Assembly (NCBI GenBank): GCA_016214885.1 | Contig: JACRMP010000015.1 | Span: 13,420-77,419, forward strand | From: Candidatus Gottesmanbacteria bacterium | GTDB lineage: Bacteria > Patescibacteriota > Microgenomatia > UBA10105 > UBA927 | Direction: 5' to 3' | DNA: 64,000 nucleotides | In this document: piece by piece, positions 1 to 9,071 of the stretch | Numbering within the stretch: the first letter of the stretch is position 1 | How the letters are laid out: each line of letters begins with the position of its first letter | Made by a program: the position numbers and the translations under genes | Notes under the pieces: model-generated | The model's database searches: none | What the model was told of the DNA's origin: nothing | Seen by the model: the letters and a program-made list of their open reading frames with translations, nothing else

Positions 1-663
1 GTTCTCGACGTAATTCCCGAAGGGGATCGCCGTTGGAAAGTATTATTGGATAAAACGGTTTTTTACCCTATGGGAGGCGGACAACCGACAGATCAGGGCA
101 TACTTTCCGGCTCGGATTGGTCCGGCAAGGTGTATCAGGTGCTGACCCGAGAGGGGGAAATTCTCCATTTTGTCGAAAGTGTTGCTCCTCCTGTAATCGG
201 GAGTGCCGTTCATGGGGTCATCGATTGGGACCGGAGGTATAAGCATATGCGGCTTCATTCAGCCGGACATGTTATTGATTTTGCCATGCATGTGTTGGGG
301 TACTCGCCGAAGCCCTTATATCCCCAGAAGGGAGATCACGGGAAAAAGCCATATATTGTTTATTCAGGTGTTACCGGATCGGATATAACCCGAGAACTAA
401 CCGACAAGAGCAACGAACTGGTGACAAAAGCAATGCCGCTCACCACTGCATTTGTACCGCTTGCCGAGCTTGAGAAAGAAGCAATTTACCTTCAGCCGGG
501 ACTGCCCGCGGATAAACCGCTCCGCAAGCTCACACTGGAAGGAGTGGGATCCGTCGCCGACGGAGGTACACAGGTGAAAAATACCAGTGAAGTGGGGTTA
601 ATTACGATTGCGTCTGTTACCGCGATGGATGATACTACAGTAGTCTCTTACTCACTGGGATAA
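1..663 (+). CDS. AlaX-like alanyl-tRNA editing protein (5' partial)
   Basis: Frame open from base 1; LDKTVFYPxGGGQPxD N-terminal motif and DWDRRYKHMRLHSAGH (HxxxH). The C-terminal motif reads DGGTQ instead of CGGTH. Confidence 0.85.
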   Translation, partial: VLDVIPEGDRRWKVLLDKTVFYPMGGGQPTDQGILSGSDWSGKVYQVLTREGEILHFVESVAPPVIGSAVHGVIDWDRRYKHMRLHSAGHVIDFAMHVLGYSPKPLYPQKGDHGKKPYIVYSGVTGSDITRELTDKSNELVTKAMPLTTAFVPLAELEKEAIYLQPGLPADKPLRKLTLEGVGSVADGGTQVKNTSEVGLITIASVTAMDDTTVVSYSLG

Positions 664-667
664 AAAT

Positions 668-1066
668 ATGTTTGTAAAATTATATTTTCTGACACTTCCT
701 GTTTTTTTCGCCATTGATCTGTTGTGGCTAGGTGTGGTGGCAAAACAATTTTACGGAAAATATCTGGGGTTTCTCATGAGTCCCTCTCCGAACTGGGCGG
801 CCGCGGTTTTATTTTATCTGCTGTTTATCGCGGGGCTTGTTTTTTTTGTTATACAGCCAGCTGTTGAGCGGGGGCAGTGGGGGTATGCGTTGGGAGCAGG
901 CATATTCTTCGGGCTTATTACATATGCTACCTATGATCTGACGAACCTTGCGACAATTAAGCAGTGGCCGTTTATTGTGACTGTCGTGGATCTAATGTGG
1001 GGCATGGTGTTATCGGGAAGTGTTTCGGTTATCGCATTTTTTGCCGCCCGGAGGATAGGGATGTGA
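668..1066 (+). CDS. DUF2177-family membrane protein
   Basis: IDLLWLG and YATYDLTNLAT...W....VDLxWG motifs; about 4 TM helices. Confidence 0.85.
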   Translation: MFVKLYFLTLPVFFAIDLLWLGVVAKQFYGKYLGFLMSPSPNWAAAVLFYLLFIAGLVFFVIQPAVERGQWGYALGAGIFFGLITYATYDLTNLATIKQWPFIVTVVDLMWGMVLSGSVSVIAFFAARRIGM

Positions 1067-1839
1067 ACGGATATTTTTTCCTGTTTGTTGCGGTGTGCGT
1101 TTATATGTCTCTTTGGTTTGTGATTTCCCTTGTGACGAGACGCAATGATGTCGCGGACATTGCCTGGGGATTGGGATTTGTCGGTTTGTCTTGGGTGGGG
1201 TATGCGTTATCTCCCTACCAGACCTTGCCTGCGTTATTTACCACTTTGCTTGTTACTTTGTGGGGTATTCGATTGTCGTGGCATATTTTCCAGCGGAACC
1301 GTAGAAAACCGGAAGATTACCGGTATAAAGCGTGGCGTGATCAATGGGGGTCATGGTTTTATCTCCGTTCATTCCTGCAGGTATATCTTCTGCAGGGAAC
1401 ACTGCTTTACCTTATCGCGCTACCGGTAACGTATCAACATATGGTCAGGGCTTCTGGCGACTTTACGATATGGGACGGCATCGGATTTTTATTATGGGCG
1501 ACAGGGTTTTGTATGGAAGCGGTTGCTGATCAACAGCTGCGCAATTTTATTTCCCACCCCGAGAACAAAGGGAAAATAATGATGTCAGGGTTATGGCAAT
1601 ACAGCAGGCATCCCAATTATTTTGGTGAAGTATTGCAATGGTGGGGTATATATTTGTATGCAGTATCAGTCCCGGGAGGACTTCTTACGGTAATAGGACC
1701 GATTACCATTACGTTTCTTATATTATTTGTTTCGGGTATTCCTCTGTTGGAGAAGAAATATGTGGGGCGCCAGGATTTTGCCCGTTATGCGCGCCAGACC
1801 AGCATATTTATTCCGCTGCCCCCGCGGCGTATTTCATGA
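1063..1839 (+). CDS. DUF1295 / steroid 5-alpha-reductase-like membrane protein
   Basis: GTG start overlapping upstream TGA; VADIAWG, EDYRY, EAVADQQL, GLWQYSRHPNYFGE motifs. Confidence 0.85.
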   Translation: MNGYFFLFVAVCVYMSLWFVISLVTRRNDVADIAWGLGFVGLSWVGYALSPYQTLPALFTTLLVTLWGIRLSWHIFQRNRRKPEDYRYKAWRDQWGSWFYLRSFLQVYLLQGTLLYLIALPVTYQHMVRASGDFTIWDGIGFLLWATGFCMEAVADQQLRNFISHPENKGKIMMSGLWQYSRHPNYFGEVLQWWGIYLYAVSVPGGLLTVIGPITITFLILFVSGIPLLEKKYVGRQDFARYARQTSIFIPLPPRRIS

Positions 1840-2345
1840 AGCCTAAAAAAATCGTTGTAAATGACCGGATGCAGCAAGGATATAGTTACTACCGTACTGC
1901 TCCGGAAGGCAAAGATTTTGATCCGCGTTTTGTACCAGACCTGACACCAAAGCAGATGCTCGAAATGGGAGTATTCGGGGGAAAATATATGACGGATTGC
2001 CGTGATGAATTTCCAAAAAGCTGGTTTACCGGGGCAAAACTTTCTCCCAAGATTTCTGATCCCAAACTTAATTTTTTTGGTATCGGCGCCAGCCAGCCGC
2101 TCCGGGAATGGAGGAGGAAAGACTGGATTCACCCTGACGACCCCCGCGGATGGTTTCAGTGGTATTGCCGTTATTATTCAGGCCGGCGAATGCCGGAAGA
2201 AGATAACCGGCAGATTGCCCGTTGGCTGGCGATCCGGCGGCATATGGCACAGATCCGGCATAATTGTGCTCCCGGGGATTGGTCATGCCGCCCCCGTCAG
2301 CGGCAGGCGCTGCTTCACTGGGCGTATGATGCGAGGCGGATTTAG
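1836..2345 (+). CDS. Conserved hypothetical protein (FxPxLTPxxML..GVFGGKY / DPRGWFQWYCRYY family)
   Basis: ATGA coupling to upstream gene; Trp/Arg-rich conserved-looking motifs ending RQRQALLHWAYD. Confidence 0.75.
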   Translation: MKPKKIVVNDRMQQGYSYYRTAPEGKDFDPRFVPDLTPKQMLEMGVFGGKYMTDCRDEFPKSWFTGAKLSPKISDPKLNFFGIGASQPLREWRRKDWIHPDDPRGWFQWYCRYYSGRRMPEEDNRQIARWLAIRRHMAQIRHNCAPGDWSCRPRQRQALLHWAYDARRI

Positions 2346-2387
2346 CGGTTGTATAATTTGCGTTCAGCGTTTTATAATCAGCGTTAT

Positions 2388-3536
2388 ATGAATAGCGAAA
2401 CAAAACTTTTTGCCGGTATTATCGCAGCAACGTTTGTCATTATTGTAGGGGCAGCATTTTTTTTCAGCAGACCGACTAATGCCCCGAAAGTAGACCCCAA
2501 ATTATTAGTTGCAGAGGACAGCTACAAATTCGGTTCACCGTCGGCGACCGTCACCCTTGTGGAATTCGGCGATTTCCAATGCCCGGCATGCGGTGCATAC
2601 CATCTGGTCGTCAAACAACTGTTGGATAAGTACAAGGATTCACTTAGTTTAGTATTCCGGCATTTCCCCCTCAATATCCATCCAAATGCAATGCCCGCTT
2701 CCATAGCGGTAGAGGCTGCGGGTAAACAGGGTAAGTTCTGGGAAATGTATAACAAAATATACGAAAGCCAAAACGCCTGGTCATCGGAAAAGAATACAGT
2801 AAATATTTTTTCTGAGTACGCCCAGGGCTTAGGACTCAATGTCGAACAATTTAAAAAAGATCTGGAGGATAGTACACTCCGGAAAAAGATTGAACGCGAT
2901 ATGGCAGATGCGGCAAAGCTTGGTATAAATTCGACGCCGTCGTTTTATCTTAACAACGAAAGGATCCAGAATCCGGCAAGCCTGGAGGATTTTGAGACGC
3001 TCATTAAAGCGGCTATTCTCAAAGCCCCGAAACCGGAAATTTCCAGCGAAGGAGCCTATCATGCACATGCGGATATCCGTGTTGTTCTCGAGGGGAAACC
3101 CGTTGATTTTAGCCAGAGCAAATACCAGTCCAAGGAAGGCGCTGAGTTAAATGAATTTATACACTTCCATGATGGGGTAGGGAGTATATTTCATATACAT
3201 AAAAAGGGAATGCTCCTTAAGGATCTGTTCGGATCTTTGGGGATGACGCTTACCAAGGACTGTCTGACCACTGACACGAAGCAAACCTACTGCACAACAG
3301 GAGATAAAACGCTCAAGCTGTATGTCAATAATAAAGTGAGCACGTTAAATGAAATGTTTGAGCCGCAGGATCTGGACCGTATCCTCATAAGTTATGGCAC
3401 TGAAACCGGTCCGGCATTTGTAAGCCAGCTTGAAAGCGTTTCTGATGACGCATGCATCTATTCGGAGAAGTGCCCAGAGCGGGGAACCCCGCCAACTGAA
3501 GAATGTGTCGGCGGATTGGGAACAGACTGCAAATAA
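2388..3536 (+). CDS. Membrane-anchored DsbA/thioredoxin-fold oxidoreductase with His/Cys-rich C-terminal domain
   Basis: N-terminal TM, EFGDFQCPAC, RHFPL..HP, QGKFWEM, INSTPSF cis-Pro loop; ~160-aa extension with HAH, HFH, HIH and 5 Cys. Confidence 0.85.
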   Translation: MNSETKLFAGIIAATFVIIVGAAFFFSRPTNAPKVDPKLLVAEDSYKFGSPSATVTLVEFGDFQCPACGAYHLVVKQLLDKYKDSLSLVFRHFPLNIHPNAMPASIAVEAAGKQGKFWEMYNKIYESQNAWSSEKNTVNIFSEYAQGLGLNVEQFKKDLEDSTLRKKIERDMADAAKLGINSTPSFYLNNERIQNPASLEDFETLIKAAILKAPKPEISSEGAYHAHADIRVVLEGKPVDFSQSKYQSKEGAELNEFIHFHDGVGSIFHIHKKGMLLKDLFGSLGMTLTKDCLTTDTKQTYCTTGDKTLKLYVNNKVSTLNEMFEPQDLDRILISYGTETGPAFVSQLESVSDDACIYSEKCPERGTPPTEECVGGLGTDCK

Positions 3537-3577
3537 AAACTCGTGGCTTTTAAGGAATGAGAGCGGCGGCTGTTTTT

Positions 3578-3628
3578 GTCCGGTTTAGCCGGACGCCACA
3601 TCGAGAGAAAACCCTGGTGTTCTCTCGA
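3578..3628. terminator. Two hairpins between convergent genes (possible terminator or RNA stabiliser)
   Basis: GTCCGG/CCGGAC (3578-3594) and TCGAGAGAA/TTCTCTCGA (3601-3628); no canonical downstream U-tract. Confidence 0.35.
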
Positions 3629-3633
3629 AATGA

Positions 3634-4833
3634 CTATTCGTATCGTAACGCCTCGATGGGATCAAGTCGGGCTGCGCGTATGGCAGGGGCAACTCCGAAT
3701 ATAATACCTATTGCCGCGGAAAACCCGAATGACAGGAGCACCGACCAAGCGGTTACCGAGGTGGAGATAAACTGGCTCATAGCAAGTGACCCCAAAGCGC
3801 CCAGCCCAATGCCGATGCCTCCGCCGAATAACGACAGGATAACCGATTCGATAAGAAACTGCATGAGGATATCTTTGGGGGTTGCCCCCACTGCTTTGCG
3901 GAGACCGATTTCGCGGGTGCGCTCCGTCACCGATACCAGCATGATATTCATAATACCGATTCCTCCGACGAGGAGTGATATGCCGGCTATACCCCCGAGT
4001 GCCGCTGTGATGACACTTAAAAACTGGGTGATGGTGTCCAGAAGCTGGGTGGATTCCAGAACAGTAAACTCATCGTCTTTAAGCCGTTTGGCAAGAATGC
4101 GCTCGGCGTCCTGCTGGGCCTGTGTCACCTCGTCGGCGCTGTTTGCCTCAACAAAAATCATAAACGGCCGGTCCTGATTAAAATGGCGCATGGCAGTAGT
4201 TAACGGTATGGCGGTGAAATCATCCGCACTTCCCATAGCGCCGCCGCCGCCTTTCGATTTGATGACGCCGACTATTTCGAATTGGATTTCGTTGAGGGTA
4301 ATTTTTTTACCGACCGGGTTAACTCCCTCCCCGAACAGATCGGTCGCCGGTTTGTTACCGAGTACTATGACGCGGCGGGTGCGCTCCACGTCGTTCTGGG
4401 TAATGATGCGTCCGTATTCGGGCTCGTATTTGGCAAGGTCAAAATAGTTTTCCCAAAGCCCCCAAACTTCCGTAGATACGGTTTTGCCCCCATAGGAAAA
4501 TGTGCCGAAGCCCTGCACCATGGGGGATGCCTGTTTGATAGCATCGCTGCCGCTTTCCAGATCAGACGCATCAGACAATTCAAATTTGCTTGCCGACATC
4601 ATGGCACCCCGGGGTCCCTGACTTACGTCTACATCTCCCGCCATGACCATAATGGTATTTGAGCCTAAGCTGGCAAACTGTTCGGTGACATAGTTTTGGA
4701 GTCCTGTGCCTATAGAAACCAGTAATATCACTGATGAAACACCGATGATGATGCCGAGCATGGTGAGAAGCGACCTCACCTTGTTGGTGCGTAGGGCATT
4801 GAGCGCTAATTTGATATATTCGGCAAAGTTCAT
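3634..4833 (-). CDS. MacB/FtsX-family ABC transporter permease
   Basis: RSLLTMLGIIIGV, GGIGIMNIMLVSVTERTREIGLRKAVGA, PAIRAARLDPIEALRYE. Confidence 0.93.
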   Translation of the reverse strand: MNFAEYIKLALNALRTNKVRSLLTMLGIIIGVSSVILLVSIGTGLQNYVTEQFASLGSNTIMVMAGDVDVSQGPRGAMMSASKFELSDASDLESGSDAIKQASPMVQGFGTFSYGGKTVSTEVWGLWENYFDLAKYEPEYGRIITQNDVERTRRVIVLGNKPATDLFGEGVNPVGKKITLNEIQFEIVGVIKSKGGGGAMGSADDFTAIPLTTAMRHFNQDRPFMIFVEANSADEVTQAQQDAERILAKRLKDDEFTVLESTQLLDTITQFLSVITAALGGIAGISLLVGGIGIMNIMLVSVTERTREIGLRKAVGATPKDILMQFLIESVILSLFGGGIGIGLGALGSLAMSQFISTSVTAWSVLLSFGFSAAIGIIFGVAPAIRAARLDPIEALRYE

Positions 4834-5522
4834 ATGCGCTTGCTTTTTCCGTCGGAAATTATTTTCCCGTCTGTAATCCGTATAATCCGTTTGGCATGAT
4901 GGGCGACATCTTCGTCATGCGTGACGAGTACAATGGTGCTCCCTTTGCGATAGAGCGACTCAAAAATATCCATAATATCCCGGCCTGATTTACTATCGAG
5001 GTTGCCCGTTGGTTCGTCGGCAAGAATAATACTCGGCCGGGAAACAAGCGCCCGGGCTATTGCGACGCGCTGCTGCTGACCTCCGGATAGCTGGGATGGA
5101 AAGTTGGACATTTTTTCTGCAAGCCCCACTTCTTTGAGCATATCGATTGCCCGCGATTTACGTTCCCGCGGCGCTACTTTGGCGTATACCAGGGGAAGCA
5201 TCACATTATCAAGGGAACTCGTGCGCCGCAGCAGATTAAACTGCTGGAATACAAATCCTATGTGGGTATTCCTGATTTCCGCCAGTTCCGCATCGTTAGC
5301 GGTGAATATGTCATGTTCTTCTATATAGACATTGCCGGAAGTCGGCCGGTCAAGACATCCGATGATATGCATGAGCGTGGATTTACCAGATCCCGAAGGG
5401 CCCATGATGGCAACAAATTCACCCTTTTTTATCGTGAGCGATACGTTATTGAGCGCCTGGAAGACAACTCCATCCATGACATATTGTTTGGAGACGTTTT
5501 TTATCCTGAGAAGGTCAGTCAT
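4830..5522 (-). CDS. MacB/LolD-type ABC transporter ATP-binding protein
   Basis: Walker A GPSGSGKST, LSGGQQQRVAIARAL, ILADEPTGNLD, VTHD. Confidence 0.95.
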   Translation of the reverse strand: MTDLLRIKNVSKQYVMDGVVFQALNNVSLTIKKGEFVAIMGPSGSGKSTLMHIIGCLDRPTSGNVYIEEHDIFTANDAELAEIRNTHIGFVFQQFNLLRRTSSLDNVMLPLVYAKVAPRERKSRAIDMLKEVGLAEKMSNFPSQLSGGQQQRVAIARALVSRPSIILADEPTGNLDSKSGRDIMDIFESLYRKGSTIVLVTHDEDVAHHAKRIIRITDGKIISDGKSKRI

Positions 5523-6565
5523 TTTGGAATGTTAGTAAACCCTTTGGTTACGATGAGGTCACCTTCGGCAATGCCTCCGGTGACGATGATGTCATCTTCG
5601 TTTTTGGCTCCGGTACTGATTGCCGTTTTTTCGTATTTATTGTTTATTTTTTTGTAGACAAACGAAGTACCCTTTTCTTCCCGAATGGCTTCGGTCGGCA
5701 CGGTGAGGACATCGTCCCTGCGGTCGGTGACGATCGTTATATCACCGTTTAATCCGATCCGGAGATTTTCCGGCTGATCAAATGACACCTTGACCGGGAA
5801 TACGGTAGCCCCTCCGCTGGATTGCTGGGATATGTAGGAAATATACGCAATAGTTCCTGAATATGTGGCTTCAGGGAATGCATCAAGCGTAATGGTTGCC
5901 TTTTGGCCAACAACCAGGCTCCCTACGTCTGTTTCATCGACTGTTGCCTCAAAGACCAGGCTCTTGGGGTCAGCAACGGCAAATACCGCGGCGGCCGGGG
6001 TGATATTAACTCCGGCAACCGGGGTATCTATACGAGTGATGATGCCTGCTATCGGTGTAACCAGGGAGGCGAATTCCACCGCCAAGTGTTTAAGTTCTAC
6101 ATCCAGGACGCTGGATTCCAGATCCCATTGGTTTTTTTCGAGGATTCTGCGCACGGTATCATTAAAGGCATCGCTTGGTCTTTTGCCATCATAGGTTACC
6201 CGCCAGGTTTGCTCGTAATCATTACGCTCGCTGCTGTAGGCACGGAGCGCTTTTTCAAGATTTTTTTGGACCTCGCGGCTGTCGAGGGTGGCCAGGGTTT
6301 GATAGGCGGCGACTGTATCACCTTCTTTTACCCCGACCCAAGTGAGTTTGCCTGATGTTTGGAATTTGAGTTCTACCGAGACGTCTGCTTTTGTTTTGCC
6401 GGATGATGACAGTGTTTTTGAGAAGTTTTTTCTCGTCACTTTCGCGGTTGTTATGGCTGCAGCAGCTTTTTGCGCCTGGACGCGTGAATACCAGACGATA
6501 ATCCCCGCAATCAGAACGATGACAACGAGGATAAGTTTCCAATAACGGACAAAAATACCTTTCAT
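5519..6565 (-). CDS. MacA-like membrane fusion (efflux adaptor) protein
   Basis: N-terminal TM, lipoyl halves (VKEGDTV; TPIAGII) around a coiled coil, VDETDV beta-barrel; in an operon with the ABC genes. Confidence 0.9.
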   Translation of the reverse strand: MKGIFVRYWKLILVVIVLIAGIIVWYSRVQAQKAAAAITTAKVTRKNFSKTLSSSGKTKADVSVELKFQTSGKLTWVGVKEGDTVAAYQTLATLDSREVQKNLEKALRAYSSERNDYEQTWRVTYDGKRPSDAFNDTVRRILEKNQWDLESSVLDVELKHLAVEFASLVTPIAGIITRIDTPVAGVNITPAAAVFAVADPKSLVFEATVDETDVGSLVVGQKATITLDAFPEATYSGTIAYISYISQQSSGGATVFPVKVSFDQPENLRIGLNGDITIVTDRRDDVLTVPTEAIREEKGTSFVYKKINNKYEKTAISTGAKNEDDIIVTGGIAEGDLIVTKGFTNIPK

Positions 6566-6612
6566 GAATAAATGATAGCAGTATTACCGATCGTACGCTA
6601 TCGGATACCACA

Positions 6613-6643
6613 CAAAACCCAGCCCCGACGGGGGGGGCTGGGT
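6613..6643 (-). terminator. Intrinsic terminator downstream of hsp20
   Basis: 10-bp GC-rich stem ACCCAGCCCC/GGGGCTGGGT followed by TTTG on the minus strand. Confidence 0.65.
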
Positions 6644-6693
6644 GAAAAACAATCCGGGGATCCGCGAAGCCAAAAAATGTCGGCGTAGGCAGA

Positions 6694-7104
6694 CTATTTC
6701 TCCTCTCTGACAGAGATTTTCTTCGGCTGCGCTTTGGGGGATTTGGTGAATGTCACCGTCATTACCCCATTTTTTACCGTGGCTGCCGGTTCCTGATTGG
6801 GATCGATGTCTCCCGGTACGGCGACGCGGTACGAAAATGAGCCAGCGGCTTTGCGGTAGAATTTTTTGTTCTTTTCTTCCGTTTTGGATTCGCCTTTTAT
6901 CCAGACAACTCCGTGGTCTACCGTTACTTCGATGTCCTGGGGATCGACGCCAGGAACTGCCGCCTGGACATAGATACTTTTCTCATCTTCCGAGAGCGAT
7001 AAGCCGCTCGGCCAGTTGGTTACTGCTCCCCAGTCTTCGTCATCTTCCCATAAGGCGGGCAGTGACGGGAGCCGGAAGTAGGAACGGGGAATTAAGTCAG
7101 TCAT
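6694..7104 (-). CDS. Hsp20/alpha-crystallin small heat-shock protein
   Basis: EDEKSIYVQAAVPGVDPQDIEV, A.VKNGVMTVTF, KKISV; strong SD AAGGAGGT before ATG at 7104. Confidence 0.92.
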   Translation of the reverse strand: MTDLIPRSYFRLPSLPALWEDDEDWGAVTNWPSGLSLSEDEKSIYVQAAVPGVDPQDIEVTVDHGVVWIKGESKTEEKNKKFYRKAAGSFSYRVAVPGDIDPNQEPAATVKNGVMTVTFTKSPKAQPKKISVREEK

Positions 7105-7142
7105 GTGTCTCACCTCCTTTTAATTTGCCCCTCTATTGGGGT

Positions 7143-7180
7143 CTAGCACTCTTATATCACGAGTGCTAAAAAGTTGTCAA
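7143..7180 (-). promoter_or_regulatory. CIRCE (HrcA operator) overlapping a sigma70 promoter of hsp20
   Basis: CTAGCACTC-N9-GAGTGCTAA at 7143-7169 (1 mismatch to consensus); minus-strand TTGACA at 7180-7175 and TGaTATAAG -10 inside the CIRCE spacer. Confidence 0.9.
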
Positions 7181-7249
7181 GATAGATTTTTGGGGTATTG
7201 AAAATTTGTGTATTGCGTTACATTTGGTCATTCCTTACAATGCCTATAT

Positions 7250-8020
7250 ATGAAAGAAACACCAGTTGCCCCGCAGCCAAGATGGATAATGGTCTCACTC
7301 GTCGGTCTTCTTATGGTAGCCTCATTTCTTGTAGGATCACTCTATACAAAAGTGCAGTATCTTGAAGCAGGCGGAGCGCCGGCCGGAGGAGTAGCAGCAA
7401 AATCCAAGTATAAAACATTCGACGAGGCTATGACGGCATTGGCTAAAGATGCCAAACTTGATGCCAAGAAGCTTGTTTCGTGCATGAATAGCGGAGAAAA
7501 GAAAGCTGTTGTTGACGCGGAATCAGCAGAGGCTGCAGCTGTAGATGTAACCGGTACTCCTGCGTTTTTTATAAACGGTAAGCTACTGGGCGGAGCATTC
7601 CCGTTTGAAAGCTTTAAGGAAGTCATCGATAAAGAGCTTGCAGGAACCGGGTCAGAAAAAGTAACCGATTATTCCCAGACACTGCAGGATGCTAATAAAA
7701 GCGGCGCCTTTGATCCTAAGCCAAGAACGCTTACGATCGGTACTTCCAGCAGTAAGGGAGCGGATAAAGCACCCATAACCATTATTGAATTTTCTGATTT
7801 CCAGTGTCCGTTCTGCAGCAGGGCACACCCGACAGTCAAGCAGGTACTTAATGAGTACAAGGATAAAGTAAGATTTGTGTATAAACATATGCCGCTTGTG
7901 AGTATCCACCCGCGCGCGCATATCACCGCCCAGGCGGCTGAATGTGCCAAGGATCAGGGGAAGTTCTGGGAATTTCATGACCAGCTCTTCGAGAAGCAGA
8001 CCGATTGGTCGTCACTCTAA
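7250..8020 (+). CDS. DsbA-family oxidoreductase, circularly permuted domain order
   Basis: TM anchor, then VTGTPAFFING half, then EFSDFQCPFC...QGKFWEFHD half. Promoter TTGCGT-17-TACAAT ends 8 nt before ATG. Confidence 0.85.
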   Translation: MKETPVAPQPRWIMVSLVGLLMVASFLVGSLYTKVQYLEAGGAPAGGVAAKSKYKTFDEAMTALAKDAKLDAKKLVSCMNSGEKKAVVDAESAEAAAVDVTGTPAFFINGKLLGGAFPFESFKEVIDKELAGTGSEKVTDYSQTLQDANKSGAFDPKPRTLTIGTSSSKGADKAPITIIEFSDFQCPFCSRAHPTVKQVLNEYKDKVRFVYKHMPLVSIHPRAHITAQAAECAKDQGKFWEFHDQLFEKQTDWSSL

Positions 8021-8023
8021 AAC

Positions 8024-9058
8024 TTAAAATAGTTCTTCCTGTTGTTTTTTGGTGGGAGTTTTTCCCAGGTGGGCAAATGCTGAAGCGGTGGCAGATCTGC
8101 CACGGGGAGTGCGTTTCAGAAAACCTACCTGCATAAGGTATGGTTCCAGCACATCTTCTACTGTGCCGATGTCTTCAGAAAGTGCTGCAGCAAGTGTTTC
8201 TATTCCCACCGGACCGCCTGAAAATTTATCGATAAGAAGGGTGAGCAGTCTTCTGTCTGAGTTATCGAGTCCTACACTATCTACTTCATAGAGCGTAAGT
8301 GAGTGGGTAAGAATAGGCATATCAATTTTCCCGTTGCCCTCAACTTGTGCCACATCGAGCACCCGCTTGAGGAGCCGTAATGCTATCCGGGGAGTGCCCC
8401 GGCTGCGTTTGGCAAGTTCTTTCCTGGCTGTTGCGTCGAGTTCAATATCCAGTTTTTTGGCGGCTCTGGCGAGTATGTTTTCTATATCCGCGGGTTCATA
8501 AAAAGAAAGCCGGGCAACTACGCCGAAGCGGTCACGCATAGGACTGGAGAGAAGCCCCACCCGGGTGGTAGCGCCAATTATGGTAAACGGGGGAAGATCA
8601 AGGCGCAGTGTTTTGGCAGCAGGTCCTTTGCCCAGCACTATATCGAGTGCATAATCCTCCATGGCAGGATAGAGTGTTTCTTCTACCACCTTATTAAGCC
8701 TATGGATTTCATCGATAAATAAAATATCGTTGGGTTCAAGGTTAGTAAGTATTGCCGCAACATCTCCCGCGCGCTCAATGGCGGGGCCTGAGGTTACCCG
8801 GACATTAACACCAAGCTCTTTGCCGATAAGGTGCGCCATAGTGGTTTTACCAAGCCCCGGAGGTCCGTACAGGAGAATATGTTCAAGCGGCTCTTTGCGC
8901 TTTTTAGCTGCGGCAATAGCTATGTGGAGCGTGCGTTTAACCTGCTCCTGCCCGGCGAATTCCGGCCAACTGGCTGCTCTGAGGGAGACTAATAAGTTCT
9001 GCTCCTCGGGAGTTACCGTGGTTTCCAGAATATGTTCCGAAGGATTTGCTTTTTTCAT
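8024..9058 (-). CDS. ruvB: Holliday junction branch-migration ATPase RuvB
   Basis: HILLYGPPGLGKTT, LFIDEIHRL, GATTR, SRGTPRIA, RTPRGR. Confidence 0.97.
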   Translation of the reverse strand: MKKANPSEHILETTVTPEEQNLLVSLRAASWPEFAGQEQVKRTLHIAIAAAKKRKEPLEHILLYGPPGLGKTTMAHLIGKELGVNVRVTSGPAIERAGDVAAILTNLEPNDILFIDEIHRLNKVVEETLYPAMEDYALDIVLGKGPAAKTLRLDLPPFTIIGATTRVGLLSSPMRDRFGVVARLSFYEPADIENILARAAKKLDIELDATARKELAKRSRGTPRIALRLLKRVLDVAQVEGNGKIDMPILTHSLTLYEVDSVGLDNSDRRLLTLLIDKFSGGPVGIETLAAALSEDIGTVEDVLEPYLMQVGFLKRTPRGRSATASAFAHLGKTPTKKQQEELF

Positions 9059-9071
9059 AAACGTGTTCCGG

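Noticed and set aside
3557-4177. 206-aa plus-strand ORF and similar ORFs opposite macB, ruvA, ftsE and the GT genes
   Set aside because: Antisense or alternate-frame shadows of well-supported genes.
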